From Turneriella sp. (GTDB lineage: Bacteria; Spirochaetota; Leptospiria; Turneriellales; Turneriellaceae): DNA of 64,000 nt. The notes beneath the pieces were generated by a model that was not told the origin of the DNA, made no database searches, and saw nothing but the letters and a program-made list of their open reading frames with translations. Of the stretch, positions 9,506 to 19,166 are shown in pieces. Positions within the stretch are counted from its first letter, which is position 1, and each line of letters starts with the position of its first letter. The stretch spans positions 3,968,001 to 4,032,000 of the forward strand of contig CBDIID010000003.1 of the NCBI GenBank assembly GCA_965279515.1, read 5' to 3'. The translations under genes and the position numbers were made by a program.

Positions 9506-10933
9506 TTATTTTTTTCCGCGCAGGTTTTTCATCACCACGGCATCGTAATCCGCCGATGCCACCCAATAATCCATTTCGGCGCCGATGAGGCGCAGCGCCA
9601 CCTCGGCCGCGGCCTGTTCGCGCAGGTTGACGATCAGCAGGGTAGAATCCCCCAGATCGAAGCGCTTCTTTTCGGCTTGGGCAAGACTATCCGCAACGAC
9701 AACTTCTTCCTTGATGATTTGCAGGCGCTTGAGCGCGTTTTCGAGCGCAATCATCGCATCCGCTGCCTCGAGACTGATCTTGTCTTTCTGGTATGCCAGC
9801 TTCGTTTTCAGGATCTCCACTTTGGTTTCGGCACCGCCGATCTTGCCGTCTTGTTTGCGCGTTTGCAGGGGAATATTGAAGACCAGGGAGAAATCCCCCT
9901 CCCATGGATCGCGCCTGAAGCTCGTTCCATTCTGAATATCGCGCGAGCCGCGCAGTATCAGGTCGAGCTGGGGACTTCTTTGATTTTCATGGAAGGCGAG
10001 GGCATTTTTTTCCATCTCGATTTCGCCCTCGATTTTCTTCAGTTCAGGGCGGTTTTCCAGCGCAAAGATCTTATCTTTTTCAAAGGCATCGGCCGGTATG
10101 GCGGCTTCGGAGGCAAAGGCTGCGGGCAACTCGTTCACCGCCGGAAGAATCATTTTTCCTTCAACCGTGCGGTAATAGAGCGAGAGGTAAAGCGCGGATT
10201 TCTGCAGCAAACGCTCGGCGGCGGCGATCTGTTCGCGCCGCGCGAGAATGGCCCGTTCGTTTTCTTTTTCTTCGATCGCGGGAATATCGCCGAGCTTCAC
10301 CCGCTTCTGGATCTGGTCTTTTCTCGCTACAGCTATCGCGAGCAGGTCTTCGACGATGCGCCGCCTTTTTCCCGCGGCCAGCCAGTTGTAGTAAGCCTGT
10401 GCGGCGTCGCGGTAGACCGCGAGTTTTTGTTCATCCAGCACATTGTCCGCAATCTTGCGGTTAAGTTCTGACTGTTTGAGATCGAGACGACCCTGGTCGA
10501 TCGAGCGGTCGCGCCAGAGCGGTATCCGGCCGCCGAAACGCACTTCGCCGGCAGAGTTGGTCCGGCGCTCCCCGTAATAATCCGGAAAGTCGCCCGAGCT
10601 CACACGGTAACCGGCGAAAAAGGATGTTCCCCAGATCGAAGTCGGCTTTTCCAGATTGGTTTCAAAGCGGTTGCTGTCATAATAACCTGTATTGTTCGTC
10701 GCGCTGCCTTTCAGCGCCAGGTCGAAAGCTCCCTGCGCCGAGAGGATGTCGAACTCCGCCTTGCGGATTTCGCGCATGGAAAGAATAATAACGGGAAAAG
10801 TTTTTTCGAGATTCGCATAGACGTCGCCGAGAGTCAGGCTTTTCGCCGGCGATTGGCCCAGGAGGGGTGTGAAGATGGTGAGCGAGACAAAAGCAAAACT
10901 CAGCTGCCATCCTTTAGATAAAATAGAATTCAC
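9506..10933 (-). CDS. TolC-family outer membrane channel
   Basis: Signal peptide; AQGAFD, ALENRPEL and RFDLGDSTLLIVNLREQ OEP-repeat pattern; 4-bp overlap with upstream gene. Confidence 0.85.
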   Translation of the reverse strand: MNSILSKGWQLSFAFVSLTIFTPLLGQSPAKSLTLGDVYANLEKTFPVIILSMREIRKAEFDILSAQGAFDLALKGSATNNTGYYDSNRFETNLEKPTSIWGTSFFAGYRVSSGDFPDYYGERRTNSAGEVRFGGRIPLWRDRSIDQGRLDLKQSELNRKIADNVLDEQKLAVYRDAAQAYYNWLAAGKRRRIVEDLLAIAVARKDQIQKRVKLGDIPAIEEKENERAILARREQIAAAERLLQKSALYLSLYYRTVEGKMILPAVNELPAAFASEAAIPADAFEKDKIFALENRPELKKIEGEIEMEKNALAFHENQRSPQLDLILRGSRDIQNGTSFRRDPWEGDFSLVFNIPLQTRKQDGKIGGAETKVEILKTKLAYQKDKISLEAADAMIALENALKRLQIIKEEVVVADSLAQAEKKRFDLGDSTLLIVNLREQAAAEVALRLIGAEMDYWVASADYDAVVMKNLRGKK

Positions 10934-13173
10934 TTCTTACCTCCGCTACCGCCCGAATCTTCGGGAATCGCCGGCGGAAAGTCGTTAAACTTCCGCCAAA
11001 GCTCATAGGCGATGGTCACGCGGTTGAGAAAAATCCACCCGCGGGCCCGCACACCCTGGCGCAATAGTGCAGAATCGGGCCATTCATCGCCGGATTTCTC
11101 GTCGGGGATCAGCACTACACGGAATTTGCCGTGTCCGTCGTCGGCGTTATCGATAAACTTTACACGCGCTGGAAAAGTACCGTACGAACCCTGCGGCCAA
11201 CCCGTGATTTGCAGCGCGGGCCAACCCTGGAACATCAGGCGCGCTTCGCGGTTGTCGCGGATCAGCGGAATGTCGTTGCCATCGACCCAGATCTCGACGG
11301 CGCGCCGGCCCGTCTGGGGAATCAGAATGCAGAGACCTTTTCCCTCGCGTACAAATTCCGCTTCCTGTGCGACCAGAAGCCGCGTGATGATGCCGTCTTT
11401 GGGGGCGAGAACCTCCTGTGACTTTTGCCGCGACAGCCGGGCTTCGACCCGGGGCAGATCTTCGTTGCTGCGCGCAAGTTCAGAGCGGGCACTCTGTGTC
11501 GTGGCGCGGGCGTCGTTGATCGCGGCATCGGCGTCGCGCGCAATACGATTGGCATCCCTCTTCATCGCCTTGCGCTCTTCTTCTGCCGACTTGAGGCCGG
11601 CGATGGCGCGCTGCTCTTCGGTGCGGGCACGCTTGAACTCGAGTTCGGCAAGTTCGACGTTGCGCTGCGATGTCAGCCCCTGTTCCATGAGGGATTTCTG
11701 GCGGTCATAGTTCGCGCGCGCTGTGTCGAGTGCCGCCTCGGCGGCACTGACGGTTTGCTGTGCCTGCCGCACACGCTCACCAGCCATGGCTACGCGGTTT
11801 TCGGCCGCGCTGAGAGCTTCGCTGCGAGACAGTTGCAGTGAGGTGACGCGCGACTCAACCGATTCGACCCGGCTGCGCGCGGCGCGCATACGGTCAGTCA
11901 GAGCATACCGTTCCTGCTCGAGCCGCTCGGTGATCTGCGGGTCGAGGTCTGAAATTGTCACCAGTTTGTCGCCTTTCTTCACCAGCGAACCCTCGTGCAC
12001 ATGCCAGTGGACGATACGCCCGGCGATAGGGGCCTCAATGGTTTGCTGTCGTTCTGTCGGCGAGAAGGCCACGACACGCCCTTCACCGTATGAAGTCTGC
12101 TGCCAGGGTAATGCCAGAACAAACAGCAGCAAGGCCCCAAAGCCGATGAAATAGTAGCGCAGCTGTACTGTGCTCCAGCGCGGCAAAAGATATTTCGCAA
12201 AGCTCGTTTGCCATTGCTCCTCTGCTGCGGCAGGTAATGTGGATGCTGCCTTAAGCGTTCTTAGTTTTAACAACGCGTCGCTGGTATCGAAAAAGGTCTG
12301 GAAGTATTTACCGAACTTCGAAAGGGCATCGAGCATTTTTGAGACGATGATCTCCGCGGCAACGAGTTGGCCCAGGCCCATTTCCTTTTTCAGAACGAGG
12401 TAGCCGCCGAGCAATAGCACGGTGCCGTTGCCCAGAATGTGCAGTGCAACCATGATAAAGTGCTGCCGGAAAACGATCGCGAAGATACTGGCGCGCTTGG
12501 CGAGATACGTTTCGCTGAGGCGATTGAACTCCTGCTCGTCCCGGAAATTTTTCTTTTTCGACCTCAGCACGCGTTGCTGCAGCTCGCGCAGAATGCGGTA
12601 CTTGCTGTCCGATTCTTCATAGCTGACAGGAAGCCCCCGCCGTGTCAGGTAATACGCCGCGAAGTAGACCCCGAGTAACAGGATCAGCAGATCGAGAAAA
12701 ATAAAATACGGATGGTATAGGGTGATGACGACCATGCCGATGGCAATCGCGATCACGGCCGTCGAACCGTCTGTGAGTAGCGATACGAGACTCTTTTGCA
12801 GGTTAAATCCTTCGATGAAATAATTAATCTGGTCGGGATGGTCGCCTGTTTCAGGGTTTTGCGCCGCCCCCGTCGCCGTCGCCGTAACCCGCAGGAAAAG
12901 CCGGCGCTGCAGCGCTTCGATGAACCACACCTGCAGCAGGCGCGCTGCCGCCCCTGCGATAAGAAAGGCGAGCACGATGACCGTGAGAATAACGACGGGT
13001 TGCAACAGGCCACCGAAAGAAACCGCATTGATGAGGTTGCCGACAGCAACGGGGACGATCAGCGAGAGCACGCCTTGTACAATACCAAAACCGATGATAC
13101 GGAAAAAATCCCGTCGCTCGATGAGGTAAAGGGATTTCAGTTCTTCGAGCAGGTTTTTAGTGTTGAATGCCAT
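10930..13173 (-). CDS. Fusion of ABC-exporter transmembrane domain and HlyD-family membrane fusion protein; no ATPase domain
   Basis: N-half LSLIVPVAVGNLIN...GLGQLVAAEII; C-half LPWQQTSYGEGRV, IEAPIAGRI, coiled coil, APKDGII, FQGWPA; no Walker A/B. Confidence 0.8.
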   Translation of the reverse strand: MAFNTKNLLEELKSLYLIERRDFFRIIGFGIVQGVLSLIVPVAVGNLINAVSFGGLLQPVVILTVIVLAFLIAGAAARLLQVWFIEALQRRLFLRVTATATGAAQNPETGDHPDQINYFIEGFNLQKSLVSLLTDGSTAVIAIAIGMVVITLYHPYFIFLDLLILLLGVYFAAYYLTRRGLPVSYEESDSKYRILRELQQRVLRSKKKNFRDEQEFNRLSETYLAKRASIFAIVFRQHFIMVALHILGNGTVLLLGGYLVLKKEMGLGQLVAAEIIVSKMLDALSKFGKYFQTFFDTSDALLKLRTLKAASTLPAAAEEQWQTSFAKYLLPRWSTVQLRYYFIGFGALLLFVLALPWQQTSYGEGRVVAFSPTERQQTIEAPIAGRIVHWHVHEGSLVKKGDKLVTISDLDPQITERLEQERYALTDRMRAARSRVESVESRVTSLQLSRSEALSAAENRVAMAGERVRQAQQTVSAAEAALDTARANYDRQKSLMEQGLTSQRNVELAELEFKRARTEEQRAIAGLKSAEEERKAMKRDANRIARDADAAINDARATTQSARSELARSNEDLPRVEARLSRQKSQEVLAPKDGIITRLLVAQEAEFVREGKGLCILIPQTGRRAVEIWVDGNDIPLIRDNREARLMFQGWPALQITGWPQGSYGTFPARVKFIDNADDGHGKFRVVLIPDEKSGDEWPDSALLRQGVRARGWIFLNRVTIAYELWRKFNDFPPAIPEDSGGSGGKK

Positions 13174-13297
13174 AGTATGATTCAGTCGATATCTTCCGTT
13201 AATCCGAAGGTGACTGAAAACACGGGATGTAAAGATTTGTTACTATGAAAGCTTGTACAGAAAATCAGTGCGCGGCTTTCTTCAGCGCCGATTTAAA

Positions 13298-16200
13298 TCA
13301 AACCGGCTGTTTTTTTTGCCGCGCCCTCGCAGTTTTGAGCGAATGCGCCTGCAGAAACAGCAGGAATTTTGTCAGTGGCAGGGCCTCGGAAAATTCATAA
13401 CCCTGAATAATATCGCAGCCGTTTTCCTTAAGGAAGGCCCTCTGCTCTGCGGTCTCGACACCTTCAGCGGTGACCTTGAGGCGCAGGTTTTTCGCGAGGC
13501 CGATAATCGTCCGCACGATCGCCGCGTCATCCGGGTCGGTCATCAGGTCGCGTACAAATGACTGGTCGATCTTGAGATTGTGGATTTTTAATTGCCTGAG
13601 GTAACTCAGCGAAGAATAGCCGGTACCGAAATCATCGATCGAAAACCGCACGCCGAGATCGGAAAGATCGTGTATCGCGTGAATTGCCTTTGCGGTATCC
13701 TGCATGATCATGCTTTCTGTGACCTCAAACTCGAGCGCCGAGGCGGGTATCGTGCCTTCGGCGATAGTGCGTTTGAGATGTGCGCTGAAATCCGGGTTCT
13801 GGATTTCTTCAGCGCTGACATTAACCGAGATGCGCAGTTCGGGAAAACCTGCCTCAGACAAGGTGCGGTAATTTTCGGCGACGGTGCGCAGTACCCAGCG
13901 GCCAATCTCCATGATCTGCCCCGACTCTTCGGCAATCGGGATAAAACGCGATGGCGGTATGAATCCGCGTTCGGGGTGAATCCAGCGCAGCAGCGCTTCG
14001 CAGGATTCGATCTTGCCGGTCACAAGATCGAGCTGCGGCTGGAAATAGACTTTGAGCTGCCCGAGATTCATGGCGTCACGCAGTGCCGTTTCAATCTCGA
14101 GGTTTTCGTGGGTAATCCTGTTCAGGTCTTCTGAGTAGAACTGGAACTGGTTGCGGCCGCTGTCTTTGGCATGGTACATGGCAATGTCGGCGTTTTTGAT
14201 CAGCGTTTCGGCATTGATGCCGTCGCGCGGATAGACGGCGACGCCGATGCTGACCGAGGCATTGATACGGTTTTTTTCAATGACGACGGGCGCGGTAAGC
14301 GCGCTACAGATTTTCTGCGCCACGACCGCCGCGTCTTCTGCATGCGGCAGCTCATTGAGCAGCAGCAAAAACTCGTCACCGCCCTGGCGCGAAACCGTAT
14401 CGATATTTTTTACGGCTGCGATGAGGCGCCCGGAAACTTCCTTCAGGAAAAGGTCGCCGACATGGTGCCCGAGAGAGTCGTTGATTTTCTTAAAATGGTC
14501 GATGTCGAGGAATAGCAGCGCGAAAGTCGATTTATGCGCTGAGGAGAGTGCAATTAACTGCGAGAGCCTGTCGGCGAAAAGCGCCCGGTTTGGCAGTTGG
14601 GTCAGAATGTCATGCTGGCCCAGATAGCGGATTTCTTCTTCGGCGCGCTTGCGTTCTGAAATGTCGCGTGCCACGATCAGCGTCGAAGATTTACCGGCAT
14701 AGGTCGCCTCGGCCGCCGAGACTTCGACGTCGATCAGCGTACCGTCGAGACATCGTAATTTTCCCTCGCGCAGGGGTGTTTGGGGGCTTTCTTCTTCCAC
14801 GTTCCGTTCAAGAATCATGGCACGGTGTTCGAGCGGCACAATTTCGCGCATATTATTATGCAGTAATTGCGCCGCGTCCTGGGCCCGCAGAATACGCAGT
14901 GCTGCCGGGTTCACGTAAACGATGATGCCACCCTGATGCACGAGAATCGCGTCGGCCGAAGATTCCACGAGTTTCCGGTAGCGCTGTTCGCTCTCCCTTA
15001 GCGCCAGTTCGGTTGTTTTCCGTTCGGTTATGTCGAAGAAAGAGGTGACGAATTTTCCTTTATGCAGGGGCGAGGTAGAGATAAGAAAATGGCGCCCGCT
15101 GGGTGCGCTGAAAAATTCCGATTCGACGGTCTCTTTAGTATGACGGTGTTTCTCCCAGAAATCGCGCACCATTTCCGGTGTTAGGCCATAGAGCTCCGTC
15201 GCCAGCGCTCCCTGGACGCGGATATCCTTCTTGAAATCCGCTATTTTGTAGAATGCGTCATTGACTTCGAGAATGCGGTGATCGATGAATTCGCCTTTTT
15301 CATTCAGCACCACTTCGTTCAACGCAACGCCTTCAGAAAGGGTGCGGAATATCAGGGACAGTCGTTCATTGGTTTCACTAATAATCTGGTCTGCTTTTTT
15401 CCTCTCGGTGATGTCATGAACCGTGCCCAGGAGTTTTACGACCCGTCCTTCTTTATAGAAGGGCGTGCCCTGCGAACGAACCCAAAGCGCGCGACCTGAG
15501 GTCGTTATCATGCCGAATTCGACATCCCACGCCGTACCAAATTCGATTGCCAAGCGAACCCTCGCTTCATGGGCTCCCCGTTCGTCGGGTTCGATGAAAC
15601 CCATCGCTTCAGCAATGGTAAGTTGTGCTTTGGGGTCGGCTTCGATGATGTTGAGCGCTTCGCGCGAGAACCAGATTCCCATGGTCGCGACATCGAGTTC
15701 CCAGCCACCGATATGCGCCGTGGCACTGACCTGTTCGAGATTTTGTGTGGTATGCGCGAGCCTCTCGATGGATTTTTTCCGTTCATGGATAAATGTCGCC
15801 AGTGCCATTCCTGTCACCGAAAGCACTGCAATATAAAGCCAGATATTAAAGAGTTCAACCTGCCGGCCATTGCCCGCAAAATAATGAGTGGATCCGAGCA
15901 GCAGCTGCACAATGATCATTACGAGAATAAACAGTGTGGCATGGCGGCCGAAGCGGACGCCCGCCCAGATCAGAAAGACGATCATCATGAAAGCGCGGGG
16001 TTCGTAACGGATCGTTTCGTGAAACCAACCCATAAAGGTAATCTGGCCGGCTAAAAAAGCCAGCGCGGTTACGAGGATGCCCTCTATGACCTGGCTGCGC
16101 TTGAGCTCATAACGTTCGAAACGCCGCCAGATGAGGATCAACGGCGTCATGGTCATGACACCGAGGGAATCCCCCATCCACCAGAACTGGAAATTATGCA

Positions 16201-16717
16201 GCCAGCCATCCTGGGTCAGATTGCTGATTTGCAGGGTTGTCGCCCCGATCAGGGCGCTGGGCAGGGGCGAAAGTATGCCCCCATAGAGAAAAATGCGGAA
16301 GTAATCCTGCGCGCGGTCGAGCTTGAGATCCACGGGGCGCAGGTAGCGCAACAGGGTATATCCTAACAGCGCTTCCGTCACATTACCGGCACCAAACAAT
16401 GCTGCCGCATGCCAGGGTGCGCCCGCAAGCAGATTAGCGGTCATTGCCCCGACAAAGGTAAGGGGGGCATACCTGAGGCCACCGAGCAGCAGCGCGGCGA
16501 TGGCGACACCGGTGGGCGGCCAGAAGCTTGCGACAATGCCGTTTCCGCTCATGAAGCGGAGAGCGATGAGCGCTGCGGCGATGTGGGCGAACAGGAAGAG
16601 GGAAGCAAAGAAAATCTGACGGAAAAAATGCTTCGGGGTCATGGACGGGGTGCGACCGTTTCTGTTACTTCGGCTGCGGGTAAACAGATTTGATAGCTCC
16701 ACCCATTTAAACCTCAT
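13298..16717 (-). CDS. MASE1-PAS-GGDEF-EAL diguanylate cyclase/phosphodiesterase
   Basis: FWPPTG and WWMGD (MASE1); PAS/PAC repeats; GGDEF; EALLRW; DDFGTGYSS; true start may be 16642. Confidence 0.9.
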   Translation of the reverse strand: MRFKWVELSNLFTRSRSNRNGRTPSMTPKHFFRQIFFASLFLFAHIAAALIALRFMSGNGIVASFWPPTGVAIAALLLGGLRYAPLTFVGAMTANLLAGAPWHAAALFGAGNVTEALLGYTLLRYLRPVDLKLDRAQDYFRIFLYGGILSPLPSALIGATTLQISNLTQDGWLHNFQFWWMGDSLGVMTMTPLILIWRRFERYELKRSQVIEGILVTALAFLAGQITFMGWFHETIRYEPRAFMMIVFLIWAGVRFGRHATLFILVMIIVQLLLGSTHYFAGNGRQVELFNIWLYIAVLSVTGMALATFIHERKKSIERLAHTTQNLEQVSATAHIGGWELDVATMGIWFSREALNIIEADPKAQLTIAEAMGFIEPDERGAHEARVRLAIEFGTAWDVEFGMITTSGRALWVRSQGTPFYKEGRVVKLLGTVHDITERKKADQIISETNERLSLIFRTLSEGVALNEVVLNEKGEFIDHRILEVNDAFYKIADFKKDIRVQGALATELYGLTPEMVRDFWEKHRHTKETVESEFFSAPSGRHFLISTSPLHKGKFVTSFFDITERKTTELALRESEQRYRKLVESSADAILVHQGGIIVYVNPAALRILRAQDAAQLLHNNMREIVPLEHRAMILERNVEEESPQTPLREGKLRCLDGTLIDVEVSAAEATYAGKSSTLIVARDISERKRAEEEIRYLGQHDILTQLPNRALFADRLSQLIALSSAHKSTFALLFLDIDHFKKINDSLGHHVGDLFLKEVSGRLIAAVKNIDTVSRQGGDEFLLLLNELPHAEDAAVVAQKICSALTAPVVIEKNRINASVSIGVAVYPRDGINAETLIKNADIAMYHAKDSGRNQFQFYSEDLNRITHENLEIETALRDAMNLGQLKVYFQPQLDLVTGKIESCEALLRWIHPERGFIPPSRFIPIAEESGQIMEIGRWVLRTVAENYRTLSEAGFPELRISVNVSAEEIQNPDFSAHLKRTIAEGTIPASALEFEVTESMIMQDTAKAIHAIHDLSDLGVRFSIDDFGTGYSSLSYLRQLKIHNLKIDQSFVRDLMTDPDDAAIVRTIIGLAKNLRLKVTAEGVETAEQRAFLKENGCDIIQGYEFSEALPLTKFLLFLQAHSLKTARARQKKQPV

Positions 16718-16872
16718 GTTTTTTTGGCCCTGCAGGTGTCAGTCGACAACACGGAGGCCGTCCTGTCCATTGTCGCCCCCTACGCATCCGTGCGTTCGGC
16801 ACATTCCCAAAATCCCATTAGCATTTTTTTCAAAAATTGAAAAAAAGTGCGGCGCTTTTTTGAAATCCTTTA

Positions 16873-16899
16873 TCAAGTAAAAAAATAATCCGTCGACAT
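16873..16899 (+). promoter_or_regulatory. Putative sigma28 (FliA) promoter of flaB
   Basis: TCAA-N15-GTCGACAT versus consensus TAAA-N15-GCCGATAA. Confidence 0.6.
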
Positions 16900-16910
16900 T
16901 AATGGTAAGA

Positions 16911-16950
16911 CTGGGCAAGGAAGCCCGGGCAATACACGTTTCACGGAGGA
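16911..16950 (+). promoter_or_regulatory. Putative CsrA sites in the flaB leader
   Basis: GGGC-AAGGAA-GCCC hairpin with GGA loop; second ACGGA overlapping the SD GGAGG. Confidence 0.65.
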
Positions 16951-16954
16951 AACA

Positions 16955-17803
16955 ATGATTATCAATCACAACATGTCTGCGATCAATACGCACCGCGTAT
17001 TGAAATTCCAGAACTGGTCTCTGGATAAAGATATGGAGAAATTGTCGAGTGGCATGCGGATTAACCGCGGCGGCGACGATGCTTCAGGTCTCGCGGTATC
17101 AGAAAAAATGCGCACCCAGGTGCACGGCTTGCGCCGGGCGGAGCAAAACACCGAAGACGGTATGAGCTTCATCCAAACCACAGAAGGTTACCTGCAGGAA
17201 ACAGCCGAACTCGTACAACGTATCCGCGTTCTCGCAGTTCAGGCCGCCAACGGCATCTACACTGACGAAGACCGTCAGCAGATCCAGGTAGAAATTTCAG
17301 AACTCATCGATGAGGTCGATCGTATCGCGTCTCAGGCAGAATTCAACAAAATGAAACTGCTCACAGGTTCGTTCGCACGTCTCAACCCGACCGCTTCTAT
17401 GTGGTTCCATATGGGTGCCAACATGCACCAGCGCGAGCGCGTGTTCATCGAAACGATGACATCTGCGGCGTTGAAGCTGAGAAACCCAACGGTGCTGACG
17501 TTCATCTCGATCTCTACACCGGGCAAAGCCAACTCTGTTATCGGTCTGTCTGATGAAGCACTCCGCATCATCAGCAAGCAGCGTGCTGACTTGGGCGCTT
17601 ATTACAACCGCCTCGAACACGCAGCGAAAGGCCTCATGAACGCTTACGAGAATATCCAGGCGTCAGAAAGCCGCATCCGCGACACAGATATGGCAGAAAC
17701 CATGTCGAGCTACACACGTTACCAGATTCTCACACAAGCTGGTACCGCGATGCTCGCGCAGGCGAACCAACGCCCGCAGAGCGTACTGCAACTCCTCCGT
17801 TAA
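16955..17803 (+). CDS. flaB: Flagellar filament core protein FlaB
   Basis: [51 protein letters not shown]...VLQLL; 282 aa. Confidence 0.97.
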   Translation: MIINHNMSAINTHRVLKFQNWSLDKDMEKLSSGMRINRGGDDASGLAVSEKMRTQVHGLRRAEQNTEDGMSFIQTTEGYLQETAELVQRIRVLAVQAANGIYTDEDRQQIQVEISELIDEVDRIASQAEFNKMKLLTGSFARLNPTASMWFHMGANMHQRERVFIETMTSAALKLRNPTVLTFISISTPGKANSVIGLSDEALRIISKQRADLGAYYNRLEHAAKGLMNAYENIQASESRIRDTDMAETMSSYTRYQILTQAGTAMLAQANQRPQSVLQLLR

Positions 17804-17810
17804 TCCGGAT

Positions 17811-17926
17811 GAGTTCGCTCATGCAGCTTGAGGCTGCATGAGCGTATCCCGAGCCTCTTTACGGGGGCTCGGGAACTTCTGCCGTCGATGCTGCTTAAGC
17901 ATTCGCGGCAGAAGTTTTTAACTTCG
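17811..17926. repeat. Cluster of three or more adjacent stem-loops after flaB
   Basis: CGCTCATGCAGC/GCTGCATGAGCG; TCCCGAGCCTC/GGGGCTCGGGA; AACTTCTGCCG/CGGCAGAAGTT. Confidence 0.7.
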
Positions 17927-17939
17927 CCGTACGACTCTG

Positions 17940-17969
17940 AAGCCCAAACGGATGTTTGGGCTTTTTTTT
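17940..17969 (+). terminator. Intrinsic terminator, copy 1
   Basis: AAGCCCAAAC-GGAT-GTTTGGGCTT followed by a T run. Confidence 0.75.
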
Positions 17970-18044
17970 GCCCGAAAAATTGAGCACTTAGGTTCAACCG
18001 AAGACTCTCCACAGTATAAGGCAGATTACTGTCGGGGAGATAAG

Positions 18045-18542
18045 ATGAAATGGATGAGTTTAATGGCGTTTTTAGGACTTCTGGCCCTGAATTGTCAAAA
18101 CACGGGAGATGCTACTGGGGATACGGGTGGCGAGAAAACACCGGTGGTCGATGACTTGCCGCAACCGGCGTTAAATACTGCGGAAATTTCCTTAAACGGC
18201 GTACGGCATACGCTTACGGAAACGACTGCATGTAGAGATGGTGTAGGCGGTATCACGATCAATATGCCCGGTATGCAGAATCCCTTCCTTAATATCCACA
18301 ACATAAGCTTTAATGTAAATGGAGAGGTAATCATTGATACCATGAGTAATCCATCGTCATGGAACATGGATCTCGATGCCGATAGAACGTGGGGTACTAG
18401 CGCGGCCGGTTGTAGAGCTATCGTTGGAGAAAATTCAAATGCGGTTTTTGAATTGAAGACGATCGCTTGCAATATCAAAAATCAGTTCGGCCCAGAAACG
18501 GGAAAACTCTCGTTTCGTCTACGGTGCACAAAGGGAACTTAG
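18045..18542 (+). CDS. Cys-rich lipoprotein of unknown function (paralog A1)
   Basis: SD GGGGAG; MKWMSLMAFLGLLALN-C lipobox; 4 mature Cys shared with 19581..20072. Confidence 0.8.
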   Translation: MKWMSLMAFLGLLALNCQNTGDATGDTGGEKTPVVDDLPQPALNTAEISLNGVRHTLTETTACRDGVGGITINMPGMQNPFLNIHNISFNVNGEVIIDTMSNPSSWNMDLDADRTWGTSAAGCRAIVGENSNAVFELKTIACNIKNQFGPETGKLSFRLRCTKGT

Positions 18543-18605
18543 ATAATGAAGCCGTGTCGATTACAATCGACGCGGCAATTCTTTCTGAACTCATGGCGGC
18601 AACTC

Positions 18606-19163
18606 ATGGCTGAGTCTGGTTTAAAAAAGATCGTGCTAACCTTGCTCGGGGCGTTGGGCGTTGTTAGCTGCACCAACGGCAAGCTTGACTATTTCAACTA
18701 CCGCGACGGCCTCTATACCTGCCAAATGGGTTTTTTTGTTTCCACTACCCAGGTTTCGGATTCGATTGGTGTCGCAAATGCCGATGCGCAGTGTCAGGCT
18801 TTATCCACAAAAGTCGGGGATTGCAGCAAGCGTCCCTGGAAAGCATATCTGAGCTCTGCAGCGGGAAATGCCCGGGATCGAATTGGCAACGGGCCATGGT
18901 ATAATATCAAGGGGCAGCTATTTGCCGCAAACCTGCAAAGCCTATTTGCTCCTCCTCCTTCGTCCACGCTTTTTCGCACTGAACTGGATCAGGACGCCAG
19001 CACTGTTACTGCAATGACGGGGAGTGATACCCAGGGGCTACGAAATCATACCTGTGACACGGACGGGCAAATTTCCTTTGGATTTCCAAATTCGCAATGG
19101 AGTTATGTTAGTGAAAGCTCGTGTTCGTCAACGTACCGGCTGTACTGCTTTGCCAGCGACTAA
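18606..19163 (+). CDS. Endostatin-like/DUF1554-like lipoprotein (paralog B1)
   Basis: LGVVS-C lipobox; GVANADAQC, WKAYLS, ARDRIGNGPWYN, RLYCF. Confidence 0.75.
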   Translation: MAESGLKKIVLTLLGALGVVSCTNGKLDYFNYRDGLYTCQMGFFVSTTQVSDSIGVANADAQCQALSTKVGDCSKRPWKAYLSSAAGNARDRIGNGPWYNIKGQLFAANLQSLFAPPPSSTLFRTELDQDASTVTAMTGSDTQGLRNHTCDTDGQISFGFPNSQWSYVSESSCSSTYRLYCFASD

Positions 19164-19166
19164 TCG

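Noticed and set aside
17800..18012. Paralogous small minus-strand ORFs MESLRLNLSA (also 19309..19548)
   Set aside because: Similarity is explained by the duplicated non-coding leader; they run through terminator hairpins and diverge afterwards
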